From: Macrostomum lignano
Taxonomy: Eukaryota
NCBI GenBank assembly: GCA_002269645.1
Contig: NIVC01000917.1
Span: forward strand, 1-64,000
Direction of reading: 5' to 3'
Length of the DNA: 64,000 bases
The position numbers were made by a program, and so were the translations under genes. This document shows, piece after piece, positions 60,110 through 64,000 of this stretch (position 1 is the first letter of the stretch; every line of letters starts with the position of its first letter). Under the pieces are notes generated by a model. It was given only the letters and a program-made list of their open reading frames with translations. It was not told the origin of the DNA and did not search any database.

Positions 60110-60954
60110 ATTATTTTTTTGTTCTGAGTGTTTAAAAAGAGAGTTTTTGCCCCTGCCCAGCAGGTAAAATAAACAGTTTCTTTATTTTGTGCAGCTAAAA
60201 TCCTATATACAATACTGCAAGTAGAACAATGCTTTTGATTTGCGCGCTTGATTCTGAAATTTTGTTTTCCTAATAAGAGACCAGAGAGACAGTTGTACAG
60301 GTTTAGCTCATGTTGCACATGTACTTGGCACTTGTCTCTGCACTCACACTTATATCTTGCACTTGATGGCTTCATCACGAGTTGCAATAAATTCTCTACC
60401 TTTCTACACCCCCTTGCCCAGGTGAATTGCTCTAATTCGCGTGTATATTAATTATCATTAATTGTCATTGCTTTTAACTTTTGTAAATTTTGTACTAATT
60501 ATCTTCTATAAAGTGGGGGCCGGTTTTTATTGGGTGTCGTAAATTCATGGACAGCTAAATAAGAAGAACGGCTTGCACTCAACGTTAGGCGCTTATCAAA
60601 CTGTGCTAACCCGCAATGAGCCAAAAATGCGCTTTTGTACATCCAGACCGACCCCAACACGCTCGACACATGTTTCCTATACGAGTATTAGGTTAATTTC
60701 CTTCTCATCACTTTTTATTCGTTAAAAATTTCATTCGCAAAACAATTAATAATAAGTGGCTTTTTTGCTTGAAACACTGCTGCCTGCCGCTGTTCTTTGA
60801 AATTGAAATGCTTGTATAGAAATATATGGTCGTTTGCGTAGCGACTTCTTTGCTTGATTTGAAGGTCGAACCGGCTTCATTTGCCATGTACGTATTGCTA
60901 CCCTAAGTAAGACCATTATCATGTGAGTACACTGCTTCGTGCTGCTTGTGAGGG

Positions 60955-62110
60955 CGGTGTATCAGATTGAGGAGTGAGGTGGGTGTATCAGATTGAGGAG
61001 TGAGGTGGGTGTATTAGATTGAGGAGTGAGGTGGGTGTATTAGATTGAGGAGTGAGATGGGGTATTAGATTGAGGAGTGGGGTGGGTGTGTTAAATTGAG
61101 GAGTGAGATGGGGTATTAGATTGAGGAGTGGGGTGGGTGTATCAGATTGAGGAGTGGGGTGGGTATATTAGATTGAGGAGTGAGGTTGGTGTATTAGACT
61201 GAGGAGTGAGGTGGGGTATTAGATTGAGGAGTGGGGTGGGTGTGTTAAATTGAGGAGTGAGATGGGGTATTAGATTGAGGAGTGGGGTGGGTGTATCAGA
61301 TTGAGGAGTGGGGTGGGTATATTAGATTGAGGAGTGAGGTTGGTGTATCAGATTGAGGAGTGAGGTGGGTGTATCAGATTGAGGAGTGAGGTGGGTGTAT
61401 TAGATTGAGGAGTGAGGTGGGTGTATTAGATTGAGGAGTGAGATGGGGTATTAGATTGAGGAGTGGGGTGGGTGTGTTAAATTGAGGAGTGAGATGGGGT
61501 ATTAGATTGAGGAGTGGGTGGGTGTATCAGATTGAGGAGTGGGGTGGGTATATTAGATTGAGGAGTGAGGTTGGTGTATTAGACTGAGGAGTGAGGTGGG
61601 GTATTAGATTGAGGAGTGGGGTGGGTGTGTTAAATTGAGGAGTGAGATGGGGTATTAGATTGAGGAGTGGGGTGGGTGTATCAGATTGAGGAGTGGGGTG
61701 GGTGTATTAAATTGAGGAGTGGAGTGCGTGTATTAGATTGAGGAGTGAGGTGGGTGTATCAGATTGAGGAGTGAGGTGGGTGTGTTAAATTGAGGAGTGA
61801 GGTGGGTGTATTAAATTGAGGAGTGGAGTGCGTGTATTAGATTGAGGAGTGAGGTGGGTGTATCAGATTGAGGAGTGAGGTGGGTGTATTAGATTGAGGA
61901 GTGAGGTGGGTGTATTAAATTGAGGAGTGGAGTGCGTGTATTAAATTGAGGAGTGGAGTGCGTGTATTAGATTGAGGAGTGAGGTGGGTGTATCAGATTG
62001 AGGAGTGAGGTGGGTGTATTAGATTGAGGAGTGAGGTGGGTGTATTAGATTGAGGAGTGAGGTGGGTGTATTAGATTGAGGAGTGGAGTGTGTGTATTCA
62101 ATTGAGGTAT
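60955..62110. repeat. 26-bp minisatellite gattgaggagtgaggtgggtgtatta
   Basis: Direct inspection. Confidence 0.95.
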
Positions 62111-62419
62111 AGGATGGGTGTTGCTGCGAGGCATATTACCACTGTAAGTAATTAATGCAACAATACTAAATAAAATATTGATTTAGAAATAGAGATTTTG
62201 TTAAAGTTGAATGCTCATACAGATATTATCAATATGAAAGCAAACAGTGCAATAAAATACATTGTAACCATAAAAAATAAAGTTATTGTCCATTCGAAGA
62301 TAAACCTTTGTGCTTTTGTGCCATTTAGTAACAAATTGGTGTCAAACCTGGTCGTGCAACAGATTAAAACAAAAAAGATTCGTTAATTAGTATTTATTAA
62401 TGACTTTTAGTTGCTCAGC

Positions 62420-64000
62420 TCAGAACTGCATATCAATAGCGGCATTGTCGTGGCCAGTTCGAGTGCCCAGCTCGAAATTGTTGTCAATTTTCACTCTTCG
62501 TCCCCCGCCGCCGTTGTTGCTGCCTTGGCCGCTATCAGCGGGTGGCGCACCTGATACGGGGCGAAATAGGCGACAGGCATTGAGCATGGCTAGAGGAGTC
62601 AGGGCAGCTGACTCTCAATTTCGTGCGCAAGCACATTCATCTAGCTGGGCTTGTGTGTACAGAAAATTGATCGAGGGGCCGCTGTGTGAGCGTGTGTGTG
62701 CTCCGGGCATGACCTTTGAAGTGCAGCTTCAGTTGAGAAGTGTCTCATATTATTATCTTATTTGCCTCGGCAATTTGACTCAATATCAGGCGAAAAACAC
62801 AGCCAACTCACTTGAGTTGTCTCGCTGCCGGGCCAGCATGTAGGCTTCCATGCCCGAAGGCGAGAGGTCCGGCACGGCTGGAGTGTTTCAGAGTAACAGC
62901 TTTTCTATTAGTTTTTCTTGAACTTCTCAAATATAAAACAAATATAACATTGTATCACTTGAGAGGAGTGACACAAGCACTAGGCTATTAGAAGCGGACA
63001 CTCTAGATAAGTGACACAAGCACTAGGCTATTGGAAGCGGACACTCCAGAGGAGTGACACAAGCACTAGGCTATTAGAAGCGGACACTCCAGAGGAGTGA
63101 CACAAGCACTAGGCTATTAGAAGCGGACACTCCAGAGGAGTGACGCAAGCACTAGGCTATTAGAAGCGGATACTCCAGAGGAGTAACACAAGCACTAGGC
63201 TATTAGAAGCGGACACTCTAAAGGAGTAACACAAGCACTAGGCTATTAGAAGCGGACACTCTAAAGGAGTAACACAAGCACTAGGCTATTAGAAGCGGAC
63301 ACTCCAGAGGAGTGACACAAGCACTAGGCTATTAGAAGCGGACACTCCAGAGGAGTAACACAAGCACTAGGCTATTAGAAGCGGACACTCTAAAGGAGTA
63401 ACACAAGCACTAGGCTATTAGAAGCGGACACTCTAAAGGAGTAACACAAGCACTAGGCTATTAGAAGCGGACACTCCAGAGGAGTGACACAAGCACTAGG
63501 CTATTAAAAGCAGACACTCCAGAGGAGTGACACAAGCACTAGGCTATTGGAAGCGGACACTCCAGAGGAGTGACACAAGCACTAGGCTATTAGAAGCGGA
63601 CACTCTAGAGGAGTGACACAAGCACTAGGCTATTAGAAGCGGACACTCCAGAGGAGTGACGCAAGCACTAGGCTATTAGAAGCGGACACGCTAGAGGAGT
63701 GACGCAAGCACTAGGCTATTAGAAGCGGACACTCTAGAGGAGTGACACAAGCACTAGGCTATTAGAAGCGGACACTCTAGAGGAGTGACACAAGCACTAG
63801 GCTATTAGAAGCGGACACTCCAGAGGAGTGACACAAGCACTAGGCTATTAGAAGCGGACACTCCAGAGGAGTGACACAAGCACTAGGCTATTAGAAGCGG
63901 ACACTCCAGAGGAGTGACACAAGCACTAGGCTATTAGAAGCGGACACTCCAGAGGAGTGACACCAGCTGCACAATGCACTCACTGTCTCCCCAGCCGTGC
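62420..64000 (-). CDS. Unidentified protein, 3' three exons (join complement 63984->64000,62812-62877,62420-62550): ...HGWGDTVPDLSPSGMEAYMLARQRDNSSAPPADSGQGSNNGGGGRRVKIDNNFELGTRTGHDNAAIDMQF*
   Basis: Two GTGAGT donors and two CAG acceptors on the minus strand, all phase 1. The frame is open to TGA at 62420-62422, codons are GC-rich, and AATAAA (minus strand) lies at 62393-62398. Confidence 0.65.
62960..63963. repeat. 43-bp minisatellite filling an intron of the minus-strand gene
   Basis: gaggagtgacacaagcactaggctattagaagcggacactcca units. Confidence 0.95.

Overview
This window is eukaryotic (metazoan) genomic DNA, not prokaryotic. It has GT-AG introns, GC-rich exons and a very high load of micro- and minisatellites. 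The style suggests a free-living flatworm such as Macrostomum, but that is an inference. I reconstructed three spliced genes by hand, checking splice phase at every junction. (1) A 7-exon STPG2-like sperm-tail PG-rich repeat gene on + (1477-9733), which has an apparent 1-nt frameshift at the start of exon 5. (2) A complete 14-exon UNC5 netrin receptor on + (27534-59358; 3276 nt, 1091 aa; signal peptide-Ig-Ig-TSP1-TSP1-TM-ZU5-UPA-death domain). (3) The last three exons of an unidentified convergent gene on - (62420 to beyond 64000). Almost all long ORFs in the supplied track are translations of tandem repeats. Mobile elements include a hAT MITE with a perfect 8-bp TSD, hAT-like elements carrying tandem-array cargo, and two copies of a tRNA-derived SINE with a MIR-like CORE domain. 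The most unusual observation is in UNC5 intron 1. Its 32-bp minisatellite appears to be built from the intron's own donor plus the first bases of exon 2 through a TGAGT microhomology, and the intron also contains a duplicated decoy acceptor. No CRISPR array, rRNA or intact tRNA is supported.
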